A stretch of 64,000 nucleotides of DNA, from contig JANJGN010000041.1 in the NCBI GenBank assembly GCA_026770705.1, positions 3,162,001 to 3,226,000 on the forward strand, in the 5' to 3' direction. This DNA comes from Isurus oxyrinchus. Lineage: Eukaryota. A program made the position numbers and the translations under genes. Each line of letters starts with the position of its first letter. The stretch's first letter is position 1. The notes under the pieces are model-generated. The model ran no database searches. It saw nothing but the letters and a program-made list of their open reading frames with translations, and had not been told where the DNA came from. Below are positions 51,650 to 64,000 of the stretch, piece by piece.

Positions 51650-54240
51650 TGCCGGATAAGGGGACCCAGCACTGAGTCTTCAAGGAGCCTTCGTACATGA
51701 CCTTTTCAGCAGGTATGACGTGCCTGCAACCTGTGCAAATGGGGAGGACTGCAAGGTAGATGAGCGGACTGATCATGACACAATGGTGAGGAATGTGTTT
51801 CGAATGAGTGGAACGAAGAGGAATAGTAGTGATAGGCTACAGTGTAGCCATGTTGTGTTCGCTGCAATTGGAAACATGAGTCCAGGCTGCTGGGTTACCG
51901 AAAAGCTATTAGCTTTTCAGAGACCTGCTCAGGCTGGAGCGGAGCTTCATATTGTAGGGACAGGATTCACTGTGTAGTTGACCATGTGAGTACAAAAAGC
52001 ACTGGAACAACTAGGAAGTAATTTCTGCATAGTGATTGGGGGAGAAAGGCACGAGGTTAAACAGCAGAAAAAAACGATAGCAATTTATGCCTATGACCGG
52101 TGTGATATAAAAATTGGTGTAACGTGAATGCACTTAGGAAGTTGAATACGTGTCTCAAAGAATAGTGTAGGAGAAATTAATGCTGATCTACTTGCACTGG
52201 CACCAGTACTATGAAAGCGGGAGCATTGCCATTAGGGCCGTCTAGACTTTAATCCCCAGATTCCGAGTGGGATGCAGTGTAAGGAAGAAGAGATGGTTTC
52301 AAAATAACCAGAGGGTAAAGAGATAATCTCGGGCAGTTGGAATAAATAAAATGGAAATAGCAAGAAAATATATCTTTGAAGGTATAAAGGTGAAGGTAAT
52401 CAGGTAATGGAAGGAAGGAGAAGTAACTGCAAGCTTAGGAGTGTGCTAGCAGGAAGGGGCGGTGTTTGCAAAAATGGTAATAAAACAATGAATTAATGAC
52501 TCTAAATTTGAATGGCTGCAACATTTGCATGAAAACAAGTGAATTCTATTCTCAAATATAACTTGATATGGCTGATCTGATAGACATTGTGGAGACGGGG
52601 CTACAAGCAAACCAATGCAGGGAACTGAATATCCTCGGCCCTGTGACATTCTGGAAGGAGAAGAAGCTGGGAAAAATTATTGGGGTAGCTTTGGTGATCA
52701 AAGAGGGCTTTGGTACTGTGCTGAGAAATGACTGGTGAAAAATGTCAAAATGTAGAATCAGTTTGTGTGCAAATAAGCGAAAGCAGGGAGCAGAAAATAT
52801 TGCCGTGAGTTGTTTATATTGCACCAACTTGCAGTAATCTAAGAATATCTCATTACATTAGAGATTCTTGTATGAAGTGCAGAACTCTAACCATGGGGGA
52901 TATCCCTGTACATACAGAGTTGATAAAACTAATTGCTTCTAATGTTTTGGGGAACGAGTTATTAGAACAGTTGCAAGATGGTATTCTAGAGCAGCACGTT
53001 GATCAGCCAAATAGTGCATATTTTATTTCAGATCAAGTCTTGTGCAACTGAACATTGCTCATTGATACTCTTGATGTAAAGCAGCCGATAGGAAACAGTG
53101 AGCATAATATGCTTTAATGTTTCAGTAAGTTTCTATGTGCTGTTTTCCAATCAGAAATAAGGATCTTAATATAAACAATGAGTCTGCTAAGGAATTCGGG
53201 GGGTCGGGGCGGGTGAGTGATTGGCTATGATAGATTGGAAAAATTTGCTAACGGATGGAGTTGGACAAGCAATGGTTAACGTTTAAGCAACGAATACATA
53301 GTTTACAATGGAAACACATTCCTTTAATGACCAGAAGTCCAGCAAGGAAAGTCTTCAAACCGCGGGGGGAGGGCGGTGGGGGGTACGAGGCCTATATGAT
53401 AAACAGTAAATCTGAAATTTGGGAGCATTTTAGAATTCTGCTAAGGAGGACCAAGAAAAATAATAAGAAAGAGAACATACAAGGAGTGAGTAAACCAGCG
53501 AGAAATATAAAATAAATCTCTGAAATGCTCCTCTGTGTAAAATAAAGGAAAAAAGTTTACCAAAAATAAATGTATGTTCAATGGCAGAGTCAGGATAATG
53601 TACTTCATGTAGTAAGGAAATGATATATCAAATTAACAAATACTTTGTGTCTATCATCATGGAGAAAAATACAAAACCATCCCAGAAATGATTGAAAAGC
53701 AGAGGGCTAGATTAAAAGAGGATCTGCTAGATTTTAATTCAAGTGATAAAGAAAGTATTCGGGAAATTAATGGTGCTTAAAGTGCATAATAACACTGGGC
53801 CTAATGATCCTTAAGCAGGAGGGCTGAAGAAAGGTGATGGTCGAGATAGCAGATGCATTGGTGACGACCATTCAAAATTCTCAGGAAGCTGTAGAGATTG
53901 GAAAGTGTCACACGTAACCCTACTATTTAGGAAAGGAGTTAGAGAGTAAATGGAACACGACAGGCCTTTCATATTTGCACCACTACTAGGAAGGATGCTC
54001 GAATCTATAAGAAAGGATGTGATAACAGGATATCTCGATAAAAATTGTAGGATTTAGAAAAGGCAACACGGATTTAGGAAAAGGAAATCATGTTTAACCA
54101 ATCTGATGGTACATGCTGAGTATATAACTACTCAAATAGATAAATGGGAATCGGTCGATGTGGTATCTTTAGATTGTTTTGTAAGCTTTATATAAAGACA
54201 CATAAAAAACGGTTAGTAAGCAAAATTAGAGCTCATGGGT
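51650..54240 (+). mobile_element. Long decayed CR1-type LINE (ORF1 esterase-like end, endonuclease, start of RT)
   Basis: In order: gtagtgatagg (VVIG), tggcaccagtact (WHQY), gacattgtggagacggggcta (ETW-like), KQWLTFKQ, gattggaaagtgtcacacgtaacccta (WK..VTP), caacacggatttaggaaaaggaaatcatgtttaaccaatctg (QHGFRK.KSCLTNL). Confidence 0.75.
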
Positions 54241-56699
54241 TGGCGGCTGTCACCAAGCTGTTCAAATTCTCTCTTACCGTGACCCTACAAATGCCTCCCT
54301 TCAGATGATGATCAAATTCTCTTTTGAAAGCCACGATGGAATTTTCCCACCCTCAATATCAGACAATGCGTCCGAAATTCTAAAGTTTCTCTGTGTAAAA
54401 TTATTTATATTTCCTCACATTACCATTTTCTTCTTTCCATTGCCAACCTGCTTGCACTGCATTCGATCTTCCTTCCAGCGCCTTCTCTTTCGTTCTTTCG
54501 TGGTGTCTTTCGTGGTCTCTCTCAGCCTGGAAAACAACTCTGCCTAGATAGTTAAACATTTCATTGTTCAACCGGTTGTGGTTTGTTAAATATTCAGATC
54601 GGTCATTTTTAAACCGTCTGACAGAGGTTGTGCCTCAGATGGAAATGTAACTGAAAGGTGCCAATCAAAAACCTTGATGTGAAGGAGCCCTTAGGAAAGA
54701 GTGAGCATAATATGTAGGAATTTTACATTAAGTTTCAATGTGCTGTGTTCTAATCAGAGACAATGTTCTTAAATCAAAACAAAGGGGTGTTAACATATCT
54801 GGGCTAGAAGTTCTGGTTGTGATCCCTACTACAGAAGATGTGAGTATTTGGAGGACCATACATGATGAAGGTCGCACAATTTGATATCAAAACTTCTAAA
54901 CCTTCCAACGTTTGCATGGTACCTTACAATGTGTGGTTGAGTCGTGGGGGTGGGAAGCATTTTCAGGAAGATATGAAGCAATGAGACAATCCTACGCAAC
55001 ACACTTCAGCAAGGTGTGAGCAATGAGCTGTTATTCTGAGAGGACGTTATACACATTATTCTCAGGATGCTGTACCCAGATCTTTCAGGCCTTAGGTGCC
55101 ATCCCGTGGAGAGAAAGCTAAATATTGGGATCCATGATTTTTTTGGACAGCTCCGCAGACACGATGGACCTTGTCATTTCACGTTGGAGGTAATTAGTGA
55201 CTGGCCTCCCGGCCTGCACTATTTAAAACTGGGACAGTTGTATAGCACTACTCCTTCGTTTTTATTAAATGTTGGACACAGTTAGATCTGGCTGAGTTGA
55301 ATAGCTTTGAACTAAACTGAGCTGTTGTTTGTTGGAATACATACCTCAGTCTATTGCATCTGCTTGAATTAATTTATCATTATTTAATTCATGGCGAGGA
55401 TTTTTTGCCTCGGACAGTTCCTGGGGCAGTTCAGTCGACTACAAATTGCTGTGGTTGTGTATTCACATTAGAACAGGATAGCTTAGGACACACTTGTGAA
55501 CCCAGAAAGAATGGTTGTTCCAAGAATCGACAATGGTGCCATGTTCACCATTAGAATTTTAATTCCAGATATTCTGTATTTCATTGAATTCATTCATCTG
55601 CTAGGGCAGTATTCAAACTCAGGCCACCAGCTCATTACTCTGGGTCGCTAGATCAGTAGCTCAGTGACAATGCCACTACACCATCTCCTCCTCCTGATAT
55701 ACATGCCACGGTTTTTGGGGCAACAGCTGAGCACCTCGACCTTGCGGCATACCTGCTGTTGATTCTGACATTGGCTCCTGCATTCTGCATTGAGCCAAGT
55801 ATGCACTCTTGATTTGGTGGTTATGGTGGGTTGTGGGATATGCCGGTCCATGATTGGTGATTGTGGTTGTGACACAGTTCTGCTGCTGCTAATGGCACAC
55901 AGTGCCTCAAATACGCCCAGTCTAGCGCTGTTAGGTCCGTTCTGAATATAACACATCTGGCACAGTGGGAGTGATGCTCAACACGATGGAATGATTCCTC
56001 GATGTGAAGATAACATATATCAGCCCTGCACCAATTCAGTGACAGTACAGGATTGAGTGGTAGAATGGACTCCTGTTCCAATGAATATTGCTCAAGAATC
56101 ACTAATGAAAGACGCAGTCACCTCTCAATTTGACAATCTCTTGGAGCGAGATAGAGAGAGTCTCTCCCAGCAACAGGAATCCAAATACCAACAACAGAGC
56201 TTTCAAAATCTTCTCCTGAGCTCCTGAGAGTCACAAGGAGATACCAGAGCACAGATGGTCTTTATAGGAATTGAGTGACTGTTCACTACACTACACAATG
56301 CGGATTGGCTCAATTTTAAGAGTGATGACAAGGCACTAAAAATCCCAAGCCAGATTGGTGGTAATGAACAGGGAGACAGGTCTGTGTAATGATCGAACTG
56401 GCGAAGTTTTAATAGAAAACGACACTGTGTTTGAAGTAAGAATCATTCTAAACAAAATAAAGCCATTTTGGCCATTGAGCCTCAGTTGGTGCTTTGCCAG
56501 AGCTACCAAATTCTGCCAACTCGATATCTTCTCATCCTCCATAGCTCTGTATTTTTTCTCTAATTCAATCATTTCAACATTTGCATCATCTTCAATTATC
56601 CTTCCAGGATGCACTGCTGGTGCATTTATTCTTCATGCCAAAGCGCATTCAGTAACTGGCATTGATGTAGTTCATCCAGTGTCTGAAAAGCTGACGCCC

Positions 56700-58700
56700 A
56701 TTCACATAAGTGTACTTGTCGAAATCCTCGCATCAAGTCAATTTATGTGGTAGGTCCGACTTTCTTGATATGCTCATCAGATCATCGCCTGTGATATGAA
56801 TCTGCCTTTGTTGTCGTGTTCATTTTTCGGTAATTAATACATAGTGCTTGTCACCCATCTGGTTTCCGCACCATTACAGTGGCTGAACTCTAATTAGTGT
56901 GTCTAGGCCCTATCATGTCATTTTGAAGGTTAAATTCAGCTTCCTCCCGCACTTTTGTTAATTTTAGTAGTTTTCATCTCTATCCGTGTTTGCTTATTGA
57001 AGGTCAATTCCCCACCTCAGTATCATCTACAGAAAATATGCATTCCCCAATTTATTTCCAATAATTGCTTTGTATGAATGATATAGCTCTTTTGAATGAC
57101 TCTGACGCTTTCTTGGAAGGATACCTAAACAGAAATTTACGTTCCTCAGTACTTCCTCATTTTGCAACTAAATCAGACATAGGTCAGTTTCAGAATCCTT
57201 ACCCTTTACCCCTGTTCCCTTAAATACAAATGCCTGTAACTCTTCCTGTTTATTCTGTCGATTAAAATATATGTAAGCATATTTATATGGTGCACTGGCC
57301 GGCTCTTCCTTCTACGTTGGGTTCTTTATCACATAGTTTACCACATTCCGTCCCCTTTCAACCTGGTAAGGCCCACAAAACATTGTCCTCACATGTTCAC
57401 CTGACACTACCAACAAAACGAAGACTTTGTCCATAGCCAAAAAACTAAGAGCCGTTGCGCTTTTAGCTGTATTTGCCTTCTTTAACTGCTGAGCTATAAT
57501 GGACAGTTTCCTGGTGTGCTCACATGCCTTCCTCAATCCTTCTCGGAATTTAGCCACATAGTCGAAAAGTGTAGTTTCTGAAGTTTGACTCATTGAGTTC
57601 TCCGGACTCAGTTTGAACTTTCCCCACACATCATGACCAGAAATTAAATCATAAGGACTGTACCCTGTTGATACGTTAATGATATCTGCAATGGAAAACC
57701 ACACGTGTATAATCCCTCGAAAACAAGCATGTGGATAATCTAGATCACGTACGCTAATTATAGTCTTTGTGCACAGTTACCAACTTTCTAAGGCACACTG
57801 TGAGTTAGGGTGATCCGCTGTCGTCCTAAATTGTTTTATTCCTAGGCTGTCCATAACTTATTTGAACAGCTGTGAGATGAAATTCGAATCCTGATCCGAC
57901 TCCATTCCTTTTGGTAATCCATATCTTGTAATGGAAAATGATTTACTCCACTACAATGAACTTTGCTGCACTTTTCCTTAAAGGCAAGCTTCTGGAAATC
58001 TCGTGGACATATATATGATTGGCAGTAAGTACTGATTCCCGCTTTTAGTCCAAGGGGGGTGTCCTAAACAATCAATCAGGACACTGTTAAATGGTTCCAT
58101 AAACACTGGAATTTGAATTAAATGTGAAGATTTAACTGATGCTTGAGGTTTTCCTTTCACCTGACGTGTGCGACATGTTTGACAGAATTTGGCTGCATCT
58201 TTATGTAGTCAAGTCCAATATTTTCCCCGTTGTAATTAGTTTGGAACTTCCTAATTCCCAAATATAGAGCGATTGGAATTTTATGAGGCGCTCTCAAAAT
58301 TTAATCCCATTCCAAACGTGTTATCACTACTTCGTGCTTTGCTGTACAATTGTTCGGAATGTAATTACACTCGGTAATGCATTTTGTTTTTGCTTCAGAA
58401 TAAACTGTCTTGTTTACCTGCGGTAGGACTGGACACTGCAAATTTTGCTCCACTAATGAACTGAATGCTTCAGTCTCATCCACTTCGACCCTCTCGTCCT
58501 AAGCAATATTTTCAAGGATTTATACAGCTAAATAAATTTCAGCACGTCTGCCTGTCTTTTAGATTATTCCACATCTTGTTTAAACTGGTACACCTGTGGT
58601 TCAATCACCACATAATCTGGAAACATGCCATTATTCTCTTTCTGTACAAACTCTGCTGATTGTACTTCAACGGGCTGTTCAACTACAATAGGTTATTACG
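56700..58700 (-). mobile_element. Ty3/Gypsy LTR retrotransposon pol remnant with integrase upstream of RT (Gmr1-type order)
   Basis: Minus strand in order: KFCQTCRTRQVKGKP (IN zinc finger, about 58190), EPFNSVLIDCLG..TKSGNQYLL..STRFPEA, SDQDSNF, STGYSPYDLISGH, GPYQV..VNYVI, then the RT N-terminus VMVRKPDG..LCINYRK..TKADSY..DLMRGFRQVHL (about 56880-56710, truncated). Confidence 0.85.
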
Positions 58701-58769
58701 ACACAGCAGTTGATAAAGGCTCAGTTGTTTAAAAGCAAAAAGGGAAAATTGAACAACTGTCTTAACCTA

Positions 58770-59460
58770 CACTGGTATGTTTGAGATACAACTCTGAATT
58801 CAGAAATAAAACTACCAATCTCCACAAGGTTTTTTACTTAAAAATAAAGTAAACATTTATTAATTTAACAACAATTTTTAACGTGCACACATGACTACAA
58901 ATTATTAACATAATACAATTTAAACAAGTTCTCAAATTAATTACTCCCAGGTAAACATTCACCAAGGAACCATTAACTAATCGACTTTGAATAGACACCA
59001 GGCAAAGCACAATTAACCTTAAGAATTTAAATTGCGGTTTATTTCAATTTGTTTCTTTTGCAGAAACAGTTCCAGGCTGACAGGCTGGTTTGCTCTTAGC
59101 TGTCACTGACTCGTATGTACACATTAACTTCTGTTTAAATCTAGCTTTCTCTTTGAATGAAAATTTTCAATTGCATTACTTTTTTTTAAATTTCACCTCT
59201 CCTTACATTAATCTTTTCAATCCACCAATTTTTTCTGCAATATAAACTCATGGGTTGGTGTCGTCTATCTAGGAACAATATTTTAACCATTCTTTTGAAT
59301 GGTTTATTCAACAAATATGCATTCCATTTTACTTTTTACTGCTTCTAATTATCTAATTAATATCACAAACTACTATACATCAAATCACCCAGCCTAGCTG
59401 GCTTTCATCCAGCTAAGATACACAGACACAAACCTGGACACAAACAAACATATAATCAGG
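58770..59460 (-). mobile_element. Probable 5' LTR of the Gypsy element
   Basis: AT-rich non-coding block directly upstream of pol on the same strand, similar to 23050-23778, with AATAAA on the minus strand near 58860. Confidence 0.5.
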
Positions 59461-59639
59461 CCTCAAATTCAAGTTATGCACTTTATTTTAGGACATTTAA
59501 CGCTTTCTTTGGCAATTTCACTTTCATTGCGGACATGGGTCGACCATCTTTACTTCTGCAAATTTGGAGAAATGTCCCCAACATTGAGCTTACGGGTGCT
59601 GCAACATTTGGTAAAAAAGAGGTTTTTTTATCAATTCTT

Positions 59640-59920
59640 TCATGAGACGCGGACTTCGCTGGCTGGACCAGCATTTATTGTCCATCCCTAATTTACCCAT
59701 GAGAAGGGAGTTGTGAGCTGCCTCCTTGAACAGCCTGATGCATTTGGTGTAGCTACAACCACAGTCCTGTTAGAAAGGGAGATCCAGGATTTTGACCCAG
59801 CGACAGTGAAGGAACAGCTGATAAATTTCCACGTCATGATGGTGAGTTACTTGGAAGGGGACCTGCAGATGGTGGTGTTGTGGGTTTGGAAAGTGCCATC
59901 TAAGGAGCCTGGGTTAATTT
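59640..59920 (-). mobile_element. Family A LINE 3' end
   Basis: ggaccagcatttattgtccatccctaatt..gagaagg..ccaggattttgacccagcgacagtgaaggaac. Confidence 0.8.
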
Positions 59921-62734
59921 AAGGGGCGTACGTGACTGTGTTAACTAATCCAACAATCAACAAGACACAACACTTAGTTAATTAATGCATGAATAAATAT
60001 AGAAAGGAATGAATAAATGAACGTATGCATGAATGTTTCTGGCCATTGAAGAAACAGCGTCGAAAAAAAGTAGTCTTGCTCTCGGGCATATTCATAATAT
60101 TATTTCACAAGGTCCTAATTTGGGGAATAGTTTCATATGAGCTGCATCGTCCATGTGTCAGTGCCGGCAGGCTTCAAGGCGAATGGGGCTTTTGAAATGG
60201 GCGGGACTTAACTTTGGGATGTGTCCCCCTCACACTGCCACCAGGAGCGACGTTTCCAGGGACGAATGAGAATGAGGATTAGATGCTCGGATCACCGTGT
60301 CGAATAGATCATTTACATAATGAACCGCCCTTCCCCTACCCCCTGAAAATGCAGTGTGATTTTACAGCTGTGCGGAGTCCAACTCAGCCTCAATACGTTC
60401 TCCAGATCTGTGATGGCTGCCCCCTTGTGGCAATTCTGTGGTCCAGCAACGCCGGAGAAGCAATTTCCCCAAAGCGTTTTGTACAGCAGGAATGGGCTCC
60501 TCTGTGGGCGCAAAGTACCAAATGCAAATTTTTCCCAGCGCATAAAGGGGATGTTTTCCTCCCTTCCTTAACATTTTGTACTGTTGCGTGGTCATACCTG
60601 CTCAGAGTTGCCTCAGTGGCGCCCATCTCGTCCCTTGGAGCTGCCAATGATCTGCAGCTGACAGCATTGTACGAAGGGAGGTAATGCCATCATCCTTGTT
60701 GGGATGGTGATCTTTGAAGCGCCCCATTCGGAGGCCACCTTCTGGAAAATTGCTCCACTGGACTGGCTCCCAGCAACTCTGGCTCGCATATTGTCCCATC
60801 CTCATGGTGCTGAATCCACAGGGAAATTCTGCCCAAAATGTCAAAGCCTGCAGCTCATCCAGAAATGGAAATGTTGGAAACATTAAGAGGGAAATTCATG
60901 TCGAAAGTGTAAAGAACATATTTTTGTTTTGTTTTTTTTTTCTCTCCTGGACTGTGGCATTAAGATTGGACTTTGGCTTCAAATGCTACCATGTCTGCAT
61001 TCTAATAGAGATGTTCACTCGAGCAGGAGAAGAAGAAATCACACATAATTGCTATCTCCTGGAACAGTGTCTGCCAGCCTGAAAAGAATGGTGCTGGAAA
61101 GGAGACCTGGTTTAAGAGTGAGCTCGCTGCTGATGGTTTCTGATGACCCATGAGCAATAAGCCATGTTTTGTGTTTTGATATTGCAGTAGATCATCTGCT
61201 AGCCTGCGATCAAAAAAATAAAAATAAAGACCTGGAATCTCTCTCTCTGCTATGTTTTGCAAAACTCGAATAATCCTGCCATAGTAGCTACCTGGCTAGT
61301 CCTCACATAGTTGTATCCTGCGTTCTTTGCTAAACCCCAGTTAGGAGGAAAATGGGGAAAAACAGTAGTGGCGACTTTAAAAGCAAGTTTGAACCAGAGA
61401 GCCACAGACTGCTAGTGCTCAGTGCTCTGGTCGGCCATAACAACCTACAAAAAATTTGGAATAACAGAGCCAAATTAAAAGAATCTAATCCCGAAGTACG
61501 GATTGGTTCAATTGAACTGTTTAATCTCACCTTTAAAATCTGTGTTTTTTATGTCATGTGTCTGTTTGTATATAGGAGCTTTGAAGGGGTAGAGTTATGT
61601 TGTAGAATTTAAACTGGTCATGTTTCTTCCTGTTGCCACTGGGTACAGGCAAATTGTTTAATGAAGTGTTATTTACATTTGAAGTTTGCAAACATGGTGC
61701 TCGTCTGCTGTGAAACTAAATGGAACAGTTGTGTTGAATTGGGGCAATCCACTGGCCTAATCAATCTTTTCACATTTGCCACTGTTCGGGGAACAATGGT
61801 GATTCATGTGGCAAAATACTAACCACGTTGAGGCCTGGCAAAGGGAAACATGCCAGATGATTTTTCTTGTATGCACCTGTGCAGTGATGAAATTAGAGTG
61901 GATTGGCTGGGGCAACGTAAATAATATGGTCCTAATTTTAAAATGATTCAGTGCCACTTATTTGTTGTTTCACTTGCAGAAAGCCCTGAAATGCACATAA
62001 TTCATACAAAACGAACTAGATAAGAGATAACACTTGATTCCTTTTACACTAATATAATATTTTTTCTTTCTAAATAGGGATGTCACACTTCACATAACAA
62101 CATAGGAAAAGTAGCACATGACTTAGGAGCTGGTGAAGGCCATTCTGCCCTTCAAGCCTGCTCCGCCTTTGAAGAAAGCCTGGCTGATCTGGTTGTGGCC
62201 TCAACTCAAATTTAATCTTTTCGAGTTTGTCTATAGGATATCTATCTAACTCTGCCTTGAAAGATGTCATTGACATAACATCCATTGCTTTCTGGTGAAG
62301 GGTATTCCACATTTAAACAGCCATTTGAGAAAGAGAGAAAACAAAATCCCCATTTCTGCCTTAAAACGCAGAACACATTCATAAATTGTGCTACATAGTT
62401 CTACTCCTTCCCATGAGTTCAAATATCATCCCGTTATCTATGCTGTCAATTCTCATCGGCATCTTATTTGTTACAATAATATAGCCTCATGTTCCACAAA
62501 ATTCAAATGAGTGTAATTCGACCCTCATTAACCTTTCAGCTTACATTTAGGCAATTCGGCCAAACGTATCGGCGCCAGACAAGACAGATCTGAGTACAAA
62601 CATCCCATTTTCCAGTGCTCGGCTGATAGTTCTGGAGGCTATGGCAACACAAGTCAATATCTAAATACTTCTTAAATGTTCTGAGGTTTTCTGACTCAGC
62701 TACCCATGCTGTTGAAGTATTCAGATTTTCACTC

Positions 62735-63070
62735 CTTCATGGGATGTGGGCTTCGATTGGAAGGCCATCATTTATTGCTCATGCTTAATTGTGCCATAGT
62801 TCTGAGTTCAGTAAAGAGTCAACCTCATTGCTATGTGTCTGGAGTCACATGTAGGGCAGATCAGTAAGAACAGCAGATTTCCCTGCCTAAGGGACGTTAG
62901 TGAACCAGATTCCTTTTTACAACAATCGACAACGGTCATCTTTAGACTTTTCAATTCAGATTTCTATTGCATTCAAGTTCAATGATCTGCTGAATCCGGG
63001 TATCCAGAGCATTACTCTGGGTCTCTGGAATACCAATTCAATGACGATACAAAAATGCCACCGCCTCCCA
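62735..63070 (-). mobile_element. SINE with tRNA-like head and family A LINE tail, inserted into a CR1 fragment (about 62100-63230)
   Basis: Minus strand starts ggaggcggtggc..ccagagacccagagtaatgctctgg and ends gcaataaatgatggcc..cccacatcccatgaa, the same tail as the family A LINEs. Related pieces at about 26020-26240 and about 55500-55690 (A-box-like TGGTGTAGTGG). Confidence 0.6.
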
Positions 63071-64000
63071 CTTCATAAAACAAGCCTCCTCATTCCATAA
63101 ATGAGTTGAGAGAATGTTCACTGATCTGCTGCTAACGTAATTATAGATTTAATTTTCTTTTAATACGGAGAGCAGAACTGGACACAGAAATTCAGATGTG
63201 TTTTCACGAGGCCAAGTGTAGCTGCATCAGGTGGTGATGGAATCACATTCGGGGTGAATCAATTTTGAAAGTAATCGGTATACCCTTAGACATTAGGGTG
63301 AAACATCAGTTGAAAGGGAGTAATTGGTTAATATTCAATGATCCTATTGTTAGAGGTGCGATTGGTCTATTTGTCTCTTTCTGTGAGGTGTGAGGAATGT
63401 TCAATTCCAATTACAAACACCAGGTTGTGATCAAGCAGAGCTATTGCCACCTTGTGAGCTCGTATTCAATGTGTCTTCTGCACCCCATATGCTATTAAAT
63501 GTTGTTCTTTAATGAAGTTAGTGTGCATCAATCCTGTTAGTTACGAGGTGAAAATGGTTGACAGGATCAACAACTGTGTTGATCAGAGATGGTACCGCTA
63601 CCATGCTGTATGTGGCTGCTTGCGGCCATGGATGTTTCACCGATTGCTCTTCACAAGGTGCTGTAGTGCTTTGTCGTTGCCTTCTGCAGTAGGGCTGACC
63701 AGGAAAGTCTCCCACTCTTACCGCTGCCATGAAATGCATTGGAAGAGTCGCCGGAGGATAGGTGAACCGCTCGACAAAGTTATCAACATAGCTTCTGCGG
63801 CCATCAAGTCCTGAATAGGGATTCGAAGCCAGGTGTTCTGGATCGAGGTAGGGACATTAACACTGCTCTACAGGACCTGCGGATCTGTAGTAGAATTTCC
63901 AATTGTTGCTGCGACAGCAGCATTCTCTGTGTTAACTGTCATGAATGGTAGATGGTGTTTGCTGCACTAAACCTTTGCTACTTTCACTGTAACACTTTTG

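Noticed and set aside
54660-54790. Near repeat of 53070-53180
   Set aside because: Both are the same region of a CR1-type LINE; this is an ordinary second fragment.
55560-55690. tRNA-like A/B boxes on the minus strand
   Set aside because: Part of a dispersed SINE-type repeat; no cloverleaf could be formed.
60110-61700. GC-rich block with many overlapping ORFs ending gggaaattctgccc, followed by an LTR-like block
   Set aside because: Probably non-autonomous DNA-transposon and LTR debris. The ORFs have no recognisable domains and I could not define paired termini, so they are not listed as features.
1-64000. Prokaryotic-type systems (CRISPR arrays, operons, rRNA)
   Set aside because: No regularly spaced repeat-spacer arrays or dense coding regions; the sequence is intron-containing vertebrate DNA.

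Overview
Eukaryotic, AT-rich, repeat-dense vertebrate DNA, most likely from a cartilaginous fish (inferred from the repeat families and receptor type, not proven). The only genic content I can support is a cluster of three paralogous class A (rhodopsin-like) orphan GPCR genes of the GPR139/GPR142-like type. Copy 1 (+) has an intact large coding exon at 5845-6749, and its short first coding exon appears to lie left of the window. Copy 2 (-) has two coding exons (40452-40383 and 34623-33736) and one 2-bp frameshifting deletion. Copy 3 (-) is a heavily decayed exon at about 45270-46089 that the ORF track shows only as fragments. Copies 1 and 2 sit in the arms of an old inverted (tail-to-tail) segmental duplication, about 2840-10000 versus about 30485-39400. 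The rest is decayed mobile DNA: CR1-type and other non-LTR retrotransposon fragments, an RTE-like fragment, SINEs, a hAT transposase fossil, a Gmr1-type Gypsy element (integrase before RT) with a related solo LTR, a 1.4-kb direct duplication and microsatellites. Almost all other ORFs in the track are spurious or transposon debris. Repeat boundaries were read by eye and are approximate; no database searches were run.
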